From the NCBI GenBank assembly GCA_964444815.1, contig CAYUIR010000001.1, forward strand, positions 4,520-68,519: DNA of 64,000 nt, given 5' to 3'. The position numbers and the translations under genes are program-made. The DNA is from an uncultured Bdellovibrionales bacterium (GTDB lineage Bacteria; Patescibacteriota; Minisyncoccia; Moranbacterales; UBA1568). Shown here in pieces: positions 1 to 9,065 of this stretch. Position 1 is the first letter of the stretch. Each line of letters opens with the position of its first letter. The notes under the pieces were generated by a model. That model was not told where the DNA came from and did not search any database. It saw nothing but the letters and a program-made list of their open reading frames with translations.

Positions 1-669
1 ATTTTCTGTGAGGGAGTGAGAGGCACCAGGGATGATGTGCTCCTGGTAGCTGTGGTAGTGAGCTCCAGCCTGGTGGTAGCTTTCGATTACCTGCGGGGGC
101 ATGTCATTGTCGAGCCCGCTTCCTACGATGAGCAGGTCACCTTTGAAGTCACTTTTACACATGCCAGATAGTGCGTAACTGTCTTCGGGGAGACGTGTTT
201 CCTCTCGCCACGTATGGAGCACTGGCCAACCCACAATCACCGCAGTGGGTTCTTCCCAGTAAACGTTTGGGTAGAGGGCAGGCGCCCGAAAGGCGAGGAG
301 CTTGAATGGTGCCGGCTGGCAGGCAAGTAGGTATGCACCATAGCTCGTGCCGAACGCACAGACTTGCTCGCGAGCAACGTCTGTTCGCTGATCGAGGTAG
401 TCGAGGGCGCACTGGATGTCCTCCAAGTGCTCTGGACGAGTCACCTTGGAGATATCTCCAGCCGAGCCTTGGTGGCCACGGAGCGAGAGTTGCATGGTGT
501 GGTAGCCGATTGACTGGAGCTTGAGCGCCAGGTTGAAGTACGTCGCGCTAGTGAAGTGGGTTGACTTCCAGCCGTGCACAATGAGCACGGCCGGCCGTCG
601 TCCCATGGCGGGCGTGTAACCGTCGGCGGGCGTAAATTGGAACGCCGCGCCAGTGGCGAGTTTTTGCAT
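1..669 (-). CDS. Alpha/beta-fold hydrolase (serine esterase/peptidase-like), 3' end outside window
   Basis: Absent from ORF track because it runs off the edge. Manual translation from ATG 669: MQKLATG...VLIVHGWKS...SLRGHQGS...AFGTSYGAYL (GxSxG)...GSGLDND...IPGASHSLTEN. SD AAAGGAG upstream. Confidence 0.85.
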   Translation of the reverse strand, partial: MQKLATGAAFQFTPADGYTPAMGRRPAVLIVHGWKSTHFTSATYFNLALKLQSIGYHTMQLSLRGHQGSAGDISKVTRPEHLEDIQCALDYLDQRTDVAREQVCAFGTSYGAYLLACQPAPFKLLAFRAPALYPNVYWEEPTAVIVGWPVLHTWREETRLPEDSYALSGMCKSDFKGDLLIVGSGLDNDMPPQVIESYHQAGAHYHSYQEHIIPGASHSLTEN

Positions 670-815
670 GGTGATTTCTCCTTTGGACATGCAATTGAGG
701 AACGTTACGATAGCTCCCTTCTGTATCGCTTACTTCTCAGTATAGAGGAAAGGGGTGCACAGGAGAAATGTCGTAGAGCCAAGGAAGAAAAAAGCTAGTT
801 TTTAAGGGACCTAAT

Positions 816-843
816 ATTATACATGCAAATTAAGAATTGTCAA
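816..843 (-). promoter_or_regulatory. Sigma70-type promoter facing the hydrolase gene
   Basis: Minus strand TTGACA-16 nt-TATAAT. Confidence 0.6.
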
Positions 844-865
844 GGAAGAAATATTTGATTTTTCT

Positions 866-894
866 TTGACGAGAGCCATTTTTTTGGATACTAT
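866..894 (+). promoter_or_regulatory. Sigma70-type promoter for proS operon
   Basis: TTGACG-17 nt-TACTAT just upstream of proS. Confidence 0.55.
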
Positions 895-917
895 GAGGGA
901 AAGTCTATCTCTACTCT

Positions 918-2153
918 ATGAAACAATCACACCTGTTTACCAAGACGAAAAAGGAGGCGCCCAAGGATGAAGTGAGCCGGAATGCCCAGCTCCTGATTCG
1001 CGCTGGCTATGTGTACAAAGTGATGGCAGGGGTCTATGCCTATACTCCGCTCGGACTACGGGTACTCGAAAAGATCAAAGCTATCGTCCGTGAGGAAATG
1101 AATGCTATCGGGGGTCAAGAGCTCATCATGACCAACCTGCAGCGGAAAGGCACTTGGGAAGTGACGGGGCGCTGGAGTGATGAAGTAGTCGACGTGTGGT
1201 TCAAGACCAAACTCCAAGATGGGGTCGAGCTCGGCCTCGCCTGGAGTCATGAGGAGGCGATCATGGAGATGATGCAGCAGTACGTCGAGAGCTACAAGGA
1301 TCTCCCTATTAGCGTCTATCAGTTTCAGACCAAACTCCGGAACGAACTGCGGGCAAAGAGTGGCATTATGCGCGGCCGTGAGTTTGTCATGAAAGACATG
1401 TACTCACTCCATGCGACCGAAGAGGACATGAATCAGTACTATGACCAGGTGATTGAGGCCTACAAAAGGATTTATGCACGATTTGGCATCGGTGATGAAA
1501 CATTTGTGACCTTTGCGAGTGGTGGCGCCTTTACCAAGTTCAGTCATGAGTTTCAGACGATTTGTAGTGCGGGTGAAGATGTGCTCTATGTGAATGCCGA
1601 CAAATCGGTAGCTGTGAACGAAGAGGTCCTCGATGATGCGACCAACGAACTCCATGTCGACAAAAGTACGCTCTCACCAGTCACGACGGCCGAAGTGGGG
1701 AATATTTTCAAATTTGGTACAGAGAAGAGTGACAAGATGAATGTCGTGTTTAAAGACAAAGAAGGAAAGCAACAGCCTATCTATCTGGCTTCCTATGGCA
1801 TCGGTATCACGCGCGTTATGGGCGTGATCGTGGAGAAGTTTGCTGATGAAGCAGGACTCGTGTGGCCGGAGAGTGTGGCGCCATTTCGGGTGCACCTCCT
1901 CTCGCTCGGGACCGATGAGAAAGCGAATGAAATCTATGAGGCTTTGACAGGGGCCGGTATCGAGGTTCTCTATGATGACCGGGAGACTCCCGCTGGGGCC
2001 AAGTTCGCCGAGAGTGATCTCCTCGGGCTCCCGTATCGTATCGTGATCGGCAAACGTTCACTCGAATCCGGCAAGGCTGAGGTGAAGAAGCGCACTGACA
2101 AAGAAGCAACCGAAGTGGCGTTCGAAGAACTGGTCGCATTTTTCAAACCATAG
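918..2153 (+). CDS. proS: Proline--tRNA ligase (short form, no INS editing domain)
   Basis: QLLIRAGY, YQFQTKLRNELR...RGREFVMKDMYS, EVGNIFKFG, SYGIGITR, C-terminal anticodon-binding domain (YDDR..GAKFAESDLLG). Confidence 0.95.
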   Translation: MKQSHLFTKTKKEAPKDEVSRNAQLLIRAGYVYKVMAGVYAYTPLGLRVLEKIKAIVREEMNAIGGQELIMTNLQRKGTWEVTGRWSDEVVDVWFKTKLQDGVELGLAWSHEEAIMEMMQQYVESYKDLPISVYQFQTKLRNELRAKSGIMRGREFVMKDMYSLHATEEDMNQYYDQVIEAYKRIYARFGIGDETFVTFASGGAFTKFSHEFQTICSAGEDVLYVNADKSVAVNEEVLDDATNELHVDKSTLSPVTTAEVGNIFKFGTEKSDKMNVVFKDKEGKQQPIYLASYGIGITRVMGVIVEKFADEAGLVWPESVAPFRVHLLSLGTDEKANEIYEALTGAGIEVLYDDRETPAGAKFAESDLLGLPYRIVIGKRSLESGKAEVKKRTDKEATEVAFEELVAFFKP

Positions 2154-2156
2154 ACT

Positions 2157-2867
2157 ATGCCCAAAGCCTACCCCAAGAAAGAACGCATCATTGTCTCACT
2201 CGGTGGATCACTTCTTGTCCCAGAGAGTATCGATGCCGAGTTTGTCGCCAACTTCAAAAAGTTTATCGTATCTCACATCAAAAAGGGCTACCACTTTATC
2301 CTGGTTACGGGTGGTGGCAAGACCGCTCGCCGGTATATCGAGGCTGCTGGTCAGATCACCAAGATCACCGATGAAGACCGGGACTGGCTCGGTATCCACG
2401 CTACTCGCATGAACGCGCATCTCGTCCGTACTATTTTCCGTGAGTATGCTCATCCTCGGATTAACACCAACCCGCATGACTTGGAGGACTTTTACTCGGC
2501 ACCAGAGCCAATCCTCGTCGCCGCTGGGTGGCGTCCTGGGTTCTCGACTGACTTCGACGCGGTCGTAATCGGCAAGTATCTCGATGTGAAGAAGATTATC
2601 AACCTGTCGAATGTCGAACGGGTGTATGACAAGGATCCGCGTGTTCACGCTGACGCCACTCCGTATGATGCTATTGCCTGGAAAGACTTTCGTAAGATTG
2701 TCGGCAAGAAATGGAATCCAGGGATGAATGTACCGTTTGATCCGATTGCATCTCAGATGGCCGAGAAAGAGGGGATGGAAGTGGCGATCATGAACGGCGG
2801 CGACCTCACCAATGTGACGAACTATATTGCTGGGAAGAAATTTGTCGGTACGCTCATCAAAGACTAG
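2157..2867 (+). CDS. pyrH: UMP kinase, archaeal-type
   Basis: SLGGS, VTGGGKTARRYI, RDWLGIHATRMNA, PGFSTDFDA, VYDKDP, PFDPIAS. Confidence 0.9.
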   Translation: MPKAYPKKERIIVSLGGSLLVPESIDAEFVANFKKFIVSHIKKGYHFILVTGGGKTARRYIEAAGQITKITDEDRDWLGIHATRMNAHLVRTIFREYAHPRINTNPHDLEDFYSAPEPILVAAGWRPGFSTDFDAVVIGKYLDVKKIINLSNVERVYDKDPRVHADATPYDAIAWKDFRKIVGKKWNPGMNVPFDPIASQMAEKEGMEVAIMNGGDLTNVTNYIAGKKFVGTLIKD

Positions 2868-2905
2868 CGGACGATAGGAAAGACTAAGACGGTAACGCTT
2901 CTGAT

Positions 2906-3871
2906 ATGGATTCAGTGAAAAAAGTACTTCTAGCGAGTCCTCGGGGGTTTTGTGCGGGAGTCGCTCGGGCGGTCAAGGCAGTGGAGGACACAATCCAGAT
3001 CTTTGGGGCTCCGGTCTACGTGAAGCATGAGATCGTCCACAATAAATATGTGGTAGAGTCGCTCGAAAAAAAGGGTGCTATCACTATCGACTCGCTCAGT
3101 GAGGCACCCGAGGGAGCGGTCGTCGTTTTCTCAGCTCATGGCTCACCCAAGAGTCACTATGACGAGGCGCGTGCTCGTAAACAAAACCTGATCGATGCCA
3201 CCTGTCCACTCGTCACCAAGGTCCACCTCGAAGTCACGCGGTTTCTCCGTGATGGGTATACTATCGTCTATATCGGACACAAGGGCCATATCGAAGGTGT
3301 CGGTGTGCTCGGTGAAGCGCCCGAAGTGCATATCCCACTCATCGAGACGGTAGCGGATGTAGAGCGACTCGATATCGGACAACCAGAGAAGATGGTCTAT
3401 CTCACTCAGACGACGCTCTCGATCGATGATACTCGTGAAGTGATCTCGGCGCTCCAGGCCAAGTATCCTCAGATCATCGCGCCACCGCTTGAAGATATCT
3501 GTTATGCCACGACCAACCGCCAAGAAGCGGTGAAGGAGCTCGCCAAAGAGTGTGACCTGGTTCTCATCGTCGGCTCACGGTCTTCGTCCAATTCGACTCG
3601 GCTCATGGAAACAGCCAATGCCTGTGGTACTATCGCCTATCTCGTCGATGATGTGCATGATCTCGATTCGCGCTGGTTTCAGGGGGTCGAGGTGGTTGGG
3701 ATGAGTGCGGGTGCGAGTGCCCCGGAGCATCTCGTCCAGGCTATCGTCTCGCATATCACCGCTCTGGGAGCCATCGTCGAGGATCTGGTCGTCAAACCAG
3801 AAACGATGAAATTTGCCGAGCCACTCGAGCTCATGAAAATCCGAGCCACTCTCCCCAAACCTGCACTCTAA
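2906..3871 (+). CDS. ispH: 4-hydroxy-3-methylbut-2-enyl diphosphate reductase
   Basis: PRGFCAGV, EIVHN, FSAHG, DATCPLVTKVH, GHKGHIE, TQTTLS, DICYATTNRQ, SSNSTRL; three Fe-S Cys present. Confidence 0.96.
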   Translation: MDSVKKVLLASPRGFCAGVARAVKAVEDTIQIFGAPVYVKHEIVHNKYVVESLEKKGAITIDSLSEAPEGAVVVFSAHGSPKSHYDEARARKQNLIDATCPLVTKVHLEVTRFLRDGYTIVYIGHKGHIEGVGVLGEAPEVHIPLIETVADVERLDIGQPEKMVYLTQTTLSIDDTREVISALQAKYPQIIAPPLEDICYATTNRQEAVKELAKECDLVLIVGSRSSSNSTRLMETANACGTIAYLVDDVHDLDSRWFQGVEVVGMSAGASAPEHLVQAIVSHITALGAIVEDLVVKPETMKFAEPLELMKIRATLPKPAL

Positions 3872-3878
3872 AACCACT

Positions 3879-4247
3879 ATGACTCTCTCGAAGAAGCCAA
3901 TTATGACGGAAGTGGGCGTGGTGGTGGAGGGCACTCATCAGGCTACGGGGACGGGGTTTCCGACGGCCAATATCGCGTATACGGATGCTGACATAGCGGG
4001 AACGTATGCCGGGAGCGTCAGAGTCGGTGAGGAGGAGTATCACGCGGCTATCTATGCCAACCAGAAGCGGATGGTGCTTGAGGCCTACCTCTTTGATTTC
4101 TCAGGAGATCTCTACGGAAAGCAGATCACCATGATACTTTGGGAGCGGATGGCCGAGGATCAGACGTTTCAGGGTCTCCAGGATGAAAAGAGCTTTATCG
4201 ATTGGGCCGTGAAAGAAGTCGAACAATATTTTAATCGAGAAGAATAG
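3879..4247 (+). CDS. Stand-alone riboflavin kinase (RibF C-terminal domain only), divergent
   Basis: GFPTAN and LEAYLFDFSGDLYG motifs; adjacent to rib genes. Confidence 0.8.
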   Translation: MTLSKKPIMTEVGVVVEGTHQATGTGFPTANIAYTDADIAGTYAGSVRVGEEEYHAAIYANQKRMVLEAYLFDFSGDLYGKQITMILWERMAEDQTFQGLQDEKSFIDWAVKEVEQYFNREE

Positions 4248-4248
4248 C

Positions 4249-4845
4249 ATGTTTACTGGGATTATCCAATCGGTCATGCCAGTCCTCTCGGTGGCTGCGA
4301 AAGAGGCTTGTCTCGTCGTGCGCCTCAAAAAACCCAAAGGTTGGAAACTGGTATTGGGGCAAAGTATCACTGTCGACGGTATCTGTTCGACGGTCACGCG
4401 ACTGGGCGCATCGTTTTTTGAGGTGGAATATATGCCGGAGACGCTCGCCAAGACCACGGCCGGGGATTTTACCGATGGACGATGGGTCAATCTGGAGCGC
4501 TCCCTCACCCTTCGGGACTACATCGATGGTCACTTGGTCTCGGGACATGTCGATGCCCGTGGTAAGACCACCCGGGTTGTGAGTGAAGACAATACTAAGC
4601 GTATCAGTATCGAAGTGCCAAAGGTCCTTCAAAAATATATCGCCAAAAAGGGATCGATCACGGTGAACGGTATCAGCCTCACGGTGGCCGATATCCAAAA
4701 GAATGTCTTCACTGTTGCCCTTATCCCATACACCCTCGAACATACCAACCTGGGCTTGCTCGAAAAGGGAGATGCTGTCAATGTGGAGATAGACACGGTC
4801 GCTCGCTATGTGGAGCGGATGCTCGGAAAAGATAAAGATAACTAA
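4249..4845 (+). CDS. ribE: Riboflavin synthase (alpha chain)
   Basis: N-terminal MFTGII, SITVDGICST, VNLERS, GHLVSGHVD, KGSITVNGISLTV, VNVEID. Confidence 0.95.
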   Translation: MFTGIIQSVMPVLSVAAKEACLVVRLKKPKGWKLVLGQSITVDGICSTVTRLGASFFEVEYMPETLAKTTAGDFTDGRWVNLERSLTLRDYIDGHLVSGHVDARGKTTRVVSEDNTKRISIEVPKVLQKYIAKKGSITVNGISLTVADIQKNVFTVALIPYTLEHTNLGLLEKGDAVNVEIDTVARYVERMLGKDKDN

Positions 4846-4851
4846 ACACCT

Positions 4852-5310
4852 ATGCAACGAAAAGACGTCAAGAAGCAGGCGGGTAAAGATGGATCAAAAC
4901 TCAAAATCGGTATTGTGGTGTCGACCTACTACGATGACATCACGGGTCGGATGCTCGCGGGAGCACTCCAGACACTCAAGGAGTGGAAGGTGACCGAAAA
5001 GAATACAACGGTTGTCCGGGTGGCCGGGAGTTTTGAAATTACCTATGGTGTCTTGTCGCTCCTCAAAAGGAAGAAATATGATGCCATCATCACGCTTGGG
5101 TGTATCGTGAAAGGCGAGACCAGTCATGATGAATTCATCGCTCATGCAGTGGCACAGGGGATCGTACAGCTCATGGTAGCCTACAAAACACCGATTTCTT
5201 TTGGAGTGGTGACGACCAACGATCTGCCACAGGCGGTGGTGCGCTCGACCGGCCAGAACAACAAGGGTGTCGAGTCAGCACTCGCCGCTCTCGAAGCTGC
5301 GCTCCTTTAG
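4852..5310 (+). CDS. ribH: 6,7-dimethyl-8-ribityllumazine synthase
   Basis: GSFEI, LGCIVKGETSH, PISFGVVT, R..NKG. Confidence 0.93.
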   Translation: MQRKDVKKQAGKDGSKLKIGIVVSTYYDDITGRMLAGALQTLKEWKVTEKNTTVVRVAGSFEITYGVLSLLKRKKYDAIITLGCIVKGETSHDEFIAHAVAQGIVQLMVAYKTPISFGVVTTNDLPQAVVRSTGQNNKGVESALAALEAALL

Positions 5311-5334
5311 GATAGAATTTGTATCTTGGTAACT

Positions 5335-6468
5335 ATGCGTATAGCAGTTCAGGCGTCGGATCTCGATCATCGTCGCATCGATGGGACGCGAGTGTACCTC
5401 CGGGAGCTCTTGAAGCGTTTCGGTGAGCTCTCACCAGAGACGGACCTCACTCTCTATCACAAGGGTGAATTCAATCCGGTCCTGGCCCCGCCTGAAGCAT
5501 CCAATTATACCGCCGTATCACTGCCATTTCCACATGCCTGGATGCAGACTCGTTTTGCACTTGAGCTGTACCTCAATCGTCCGGACAAGTTGTTTCTCCC
5601 GATTCAAGCCGCTCCGATTCTCATGCCAGGGTCCGTGGAAGTGACAGCCACGATCCATGACCTTGCCTTCAAGCGCTTTCCAGAGACGTTCCCAAAGAGA
5701 GATTTGTGGAAGCTCAACTTTATGCTCGAGACGGCCGTGAAGCGGGCCGATAAGCTGATAGCCGTGTCAGAGTCGACCAAGCATGATCTCCTTGAATTCT
5801 TCCCGTCGCTCGCGGAGTCGCGGGTGCGCGTTATCCATCATGGCTTTGATGCAGAATTTTTCGGTGAGCGTGTTGGAGATGAGGTGTTGAACCCCTTACT
5901 AAGAAGCTATAACCTAAAAGCTAAAAGCTACGTATTGTACGTCGGCGCTCTCCAGCCGCGGAAGAACCTGGTCCGACTCATCGAGGCCTTTGGGGCGATG
6001 AAGCAATCGGTGCCAGAGGCCAAGCTCGTCCTCGCAGGGGAGGAGGCATGGCTCGCCGAGACGATTACTGATGCCTGGGAACAGAGTCTGTACCGTGATG
6101 ACATTGTCCTCCCGGGACGGGTATCGTTTGAGACGCTACGCGCACTCTATCAGGGGGCGCGGATATTTGCTTTTCCGTCGCTCTACGAGGGTTTTGGACT
6201 GCCGATACTCGAAGCCTTCGCTTCGGGCATTCCGGTCCTTACGGCCGAGAATTCAAGCTTGAGTGAGGTCGCAGGGGACGTCGCGCTCTACTGTCAGGCC
6301 ACTGATACTGCCGATATGGCAACCAAACTGGAAATGCTCTGGCGAGATGAGGCTCTTCGTGAGTCCTTGGTCGCTCGGGGGACTGCTCGTCTGACACAAT
6401 TTTCCTGGGACCGTTGTGCCCGTGAGACGTTAGATTATATCCTTGACAAAAACTCAAATTTGTCCTAG
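5335..6468 (+). CDS. Glycosyltransferase family 4 (mannosyltransferase-like)
   Basis: TIHDL, VGALQPRKN, FPSLYEGFGLPILEAFASG; ATG 5335 preferred. Confidence 0.92.
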   Translation: MRIAVQASDLDHRRIDGTRVYLRELLKRFGELSPETDLTLYHKGEFNPVLAPPEASNYTAVSLPFPHAWMQTRFALELYLNRPDKLFLPIQAAPILMPGSVEVTATIHDLAFKRFPETFPKRDLWKLNFMLETAVKRADKLIAVSESTKHDLLEFFPSLAESRVRVIHHGFDAEFFGERVGDEVLNPLLRSYNLKAKSYVLYVGALQPRKNLVRLIEAFGAMKQSVPEAKLVLAGEEAWLAETITDAWEQSLYRDDIVLPGRVSFETLRALYQGARIFAFPSLYEGFGLPILEAFASGIPVLTAENSSLSEVAGDVALYCQATDTADMATKLEMLWRDEALRESLVARGTARLTQFSWDRCARETLDYILDKNSNLS

Positions 6469-6471
6469 AGT
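6443..6471 (+). promoter_or_regulatory. Sigma70-type promoter for 6529 ORF
   Basis: TTGACA-17 nt-TAGAGT. Confidence 0.65.
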
Positions 6472-6528
6472 ATCAGGATAGATTTGGTACCTTTTCGCCG
6501 GTAAACGGCATCAACCGAGGAGCAGATC

Positions 6529-6858
6529 ATGAGTAAGGATGTCCCGGGGCTCTTTCAAGAAGCCCAGGGCTTGGCGGCCACACTGCGCGGTGTGACTGAA
6601 GCGAAGGCATTGGTCGATCTGCTGGTCCCACAAGATCAGTCGGCGACTCTGGATCGTCTGAAGAAGCGGGATCGCTTCCATCCGGGAGTGTGGCCGACGG
6701 ACAATGTCGCACTCTTGTTGTTCACCAAATACGTGAGTCAGCTCCGTGCCATGGTGAACCAATGCCAACTGGATCAGAACGTTTCACCTATTGGCATGGA
6801 ACTTGCCGGCATTTACCTGGCATCAACTCTGCCCCGTGATGGTGGGCAGGTGGTCTGA
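6529..6858 (+). CDS. Hypothetical protein (109 aa)
   Basis: SD GAGGAG at 6517-6522, own promoter and terminator; no recognisable motif. Confidence 0.7.
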   Translation: MSKDVPGLFQEAQGLAATLRGVTEAKALVDLLVPQDQSATLDRLKKRDRFHPGVWPTDNVALLLFTKYVSQLRAMVNQCQLDQNVSPIGMELAGIYLASTLPRDGGQVV

Positions 6859-6886
6859 CGAGCATCGCATTGAGGTGCTGACGTTT

Positions 6887-6917
6887 GCGGTGAGGTCGAA
6901 CGACCCACCGCTTTTTT
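6887..6917 (+). terminator. Rho-independent terminator
   Basis: GCGGTG-A-GGTC GAAC GACC-CACCGC followed by T6. Confidence 0.75.
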
Positions 6918-7009
6918 CTTGCCAGCGTTGTTCGAGAACGACGTGGCTTGCAAATCTGATTATTCTGTGTCACAATACCTCTGCCGAAAACGGCATTTTT
7001 GTTTACCCT

Positions 7010-8467
7010 ATGGCAAAGGACAACGTTGTTCTCAGATTTGATAAGGTGTCGTTTGAATACGGACACAAGAAACCCATCTTAGATGAGGTGAGTTTCAGTT
7101 TGCGCGTGGGTTCCAAGATCACTCTCATGGGTCAGAATGGGGCCGGCAAGAGCTCACTCTTTAAGCTCATTACCCGTGAGGAACAGCCTCAGGCCGGACG
7201 GATCTCGATTGACCGGGACGCCGTCGTGGCTATCGGGCGCCAGACCATTCCGCGTGACCAGCTTGATTTGACCGTCGAAGAATACTTCCAGCAGTTTTTT
7301 CATGAGAAGCAGTGGAACCTCGCGAAGCACATCGCCGATGTCCTCGAGGTAGTCAATCTCCCCATGCCACCACTTGATAAGAAGATCCGTCAGTTTAGCG
7401 GTGGTCAGCAGGCACGCTTGCTCCTCGCCTCGGCCCTGATCCAGGATCCAGATATCCTCCTCCTCGATGAACCGACCAACAACCTCGACTACGCTGGTAT
7501 CTCACACCTGACCCAGTTTCTCATTGATTACAAAAAGACGGTCATCGTTATCTCGCACGATGCCGAATTCTTGAACGCCTTTACGGAGGGCGTGTTTTAT
7601 CTCGATATCTTTACCCACCAGATCGAACAGTATACCGGCAACTACTATGACGTGGTAGAGGAGATCGCCAAGCGCATCGCCAAGGCCCAGAGTGAAAACG
7701 TCCGACTCGAACGCACGATCCAGGAGAAAAAAGATCAGGCCAACGTCTTTGCCAACAAGGGAGGCAAGCTCCGTGCTGTCGCGAAACGGATGCGCACCCT
7801 CGCCGAAGAACTCGAGGAAAACAAAGTCGACGTCCGGCAGGAAGACAAGACGCTCTCGGCCTTCGAAATCCCTACTCATGGTATCGTCGGACCGATTGTG
7901 AATATCAAGACCGTGTCGGTACTCGGTGAATTCGGGCCAAATATCAAGCGCGTGGACATGGTCCTCAAGAAAAACACGCACCTCGTCGTCTCCGGGCCAA
8001 ATGGTATCGGCAAGTCGACGTTTCTCGAGGAGCTCGCCACTGGCAACACAGAACGGGCCGAGATTACGCCCGGGGTCAAGGTTGGCTACTATCGTCAGGA
8101 TTTTTCGACTTTGGATTTCAACAAGACCGTAGCAGAAACACTCCTTGATTCACTCCCAGAGAAGAACATCGAGCTCGCCTACAAGGTGGCGACCAAGTTT
8201 CTCGTGCCGGCCGAACTCCTTCAGAATAAGGTAGAGAGTCTCTCAGAGGGTCAAAAGGGTCTCCTCATGTTTGCTTGTCTCTATGCCGAAAAGCCCGATC
8301 TCCTTATCCTCGATGAACCGACCAACCATATCAACTTTCGTCACCTGCCAGTAATCGCTGAGGCCCTCGATAAGTATCAGGGTGCCATGATTCTCGTCTC
8401 TCACGTCCCGGACTTTGTCGCTCAGATTCGCATCGATGAGGTGCTTGATTTGGAGTCTTTGAGCTAG
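7010..8467 (+). CDS. ABC-F family ATP-binding protein
   Basis: Two ABC domains (GQNGAGKS..FSGGQ..LLLDEPTN; GPNGIGKS..LSEGQ..LILDEPTN), helical linker, no TM segments; ATG 7010. Confidence 0.92.
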   Translation: MAKDNVVLRFDKVSFEYGHKKPILDEVSFSLRVGSKITLMGQNGAGKSSLFKLITREEQPQAGRISIDRDAVVAIGRQTIPRDQLDLTVEEYFQQFFHEKQWNLAKHIADVLEVVNLPMPPLDKKIRQFSGGQQARLLLASALIQDPDILLLDEPTNNLDYAGISHLTQFLIDYKKTVIVISHDAEFLNAFTEGVFYLDIFTHQIEQYTGNYYDVVEEIAKRIAKAQSENVRLERTIQEKKDQANVFANKGGKLRAVAKRMRTLAEELEENKVDVRQEDKTLSAFEIPTHGIVGPIVNIKTVSVLGEFGPNIKRVDMVLKKNTHLVVSGPNGIGKSTFLEELATGNTERAEITPGVKVGYYRQDFSTLDFNKTVAETLLDSLPEKNIELAYKVATKFLVPAELLQNKVESLSEGQKGLLMFACLYAEKPDLLILDEPTNHINFRHLPVIAEALDKYQGAMILVSHVPDFVAQIRIDEVLDLESLS

Positions 8468-8471
8468 GGGT

Positions 8472-8557
8472 GTTTCTTTCGACCGTTACCGGTACGCTCC
8501 CTCCAGAGGCGGGCAGGCATCATGGATGTGACCGACGGCACCCGAGAAAGAAAAAAC
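8472..8557. repeat. Dispersed intergenic repeat, copy A
   Basis: 29-nt exact match 8494-8522 to 62930-62958; 20/21 match 8479-8499 to 60670-60690; self-complementary ends. Confidence 0.85.
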
Positions 8558-8595
8558 AAATCTTCTCCTCATCTGCGAAATGCGAAACAATTTTC

Positions 8596-8626
8596 AAAAC
8601 ACAGAAATTCGCATCTCTGTGTTTTT
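8596..8626. terminator. Possible bidirectional terminator between convergent genes
   Basis: AAAACACAGA ... TCTGTGTTTT inverted repeat. Confidence 0.55.
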
Positions 8627-8632
8627 GTAATA

Positions 8633-9055
8633 CTATTTTTCTTCAAAAAAGAGTTGCCAGAAGAGGTAGCCGGCAATGAGAAACAAGAGAATGATGAGAG
8701 GGATACTGAGTGGAGGGAATTTGATGAGGGAGACGACGAGGATGGAGGTACCCCAGAGGAGAGCGAGTACCAAGAGGGGATGACGAGGAGTGATGGTGAG
8801 GGGAAATGAGAGACCCAGGAATCGACCGAGGGCGGTGATGAGAAGGGTGAAGACCACAAGCACGAGGAGGAACAGTGCGAGACTAAAACGGACCGTGACA
8901 AAGGTCGGGAGGAGGGTCTCGACGGTAAAGAGCCCCAGGAAATAGAGGTAGCCGATGACGAGGGCCTCGGTCGCGAGGGCATAGAGTACCTGGAGGAGGC
9001 CAGTCTCTTTAGAGTGACGGAGTCTAGAAACGAATTGCTGGTAGAGAAATTGCAT
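8633..9055 (-). CDS. Hypothetical membrane protein (~4 TM)
   Basis: Hydrophobic ORF, ATG 9055 ten nt after the upstream stop. Confidence 0.75.
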   Translation of the reverse strand: MQFLYQQFVSRLRHSKETGLLQVLYALATEALVIGYLYFLGLFTVETLLPTFVTVRFSLALFLLVLVVFTLLITALGRFLGLSFPLTITPRHPLLVLALLWGTSILVVSLIKFPPLSIPLIILLFLIAGYLFWQLFFEEK

Positions 9056-9065
9056 AGACGGATAT

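Noticed and set aside
155-798. Short ORFs 155-412, 306-524 and 574-798
   Set aside because: Shadow frames of the minus-strand hydrolase starting at 669.
2862-2896. GACTAG/GACGATAG/GACTAA/GACGG pseudo-repeat between pyrH and ispH
   Set aside because: Too short and irregular to distinguish from chance.
6791-7009. N-terminal extension of the ABC-F ORF
   Set aside because: Crosses another gene and a terminator; ATG 7010 fits the domain start.
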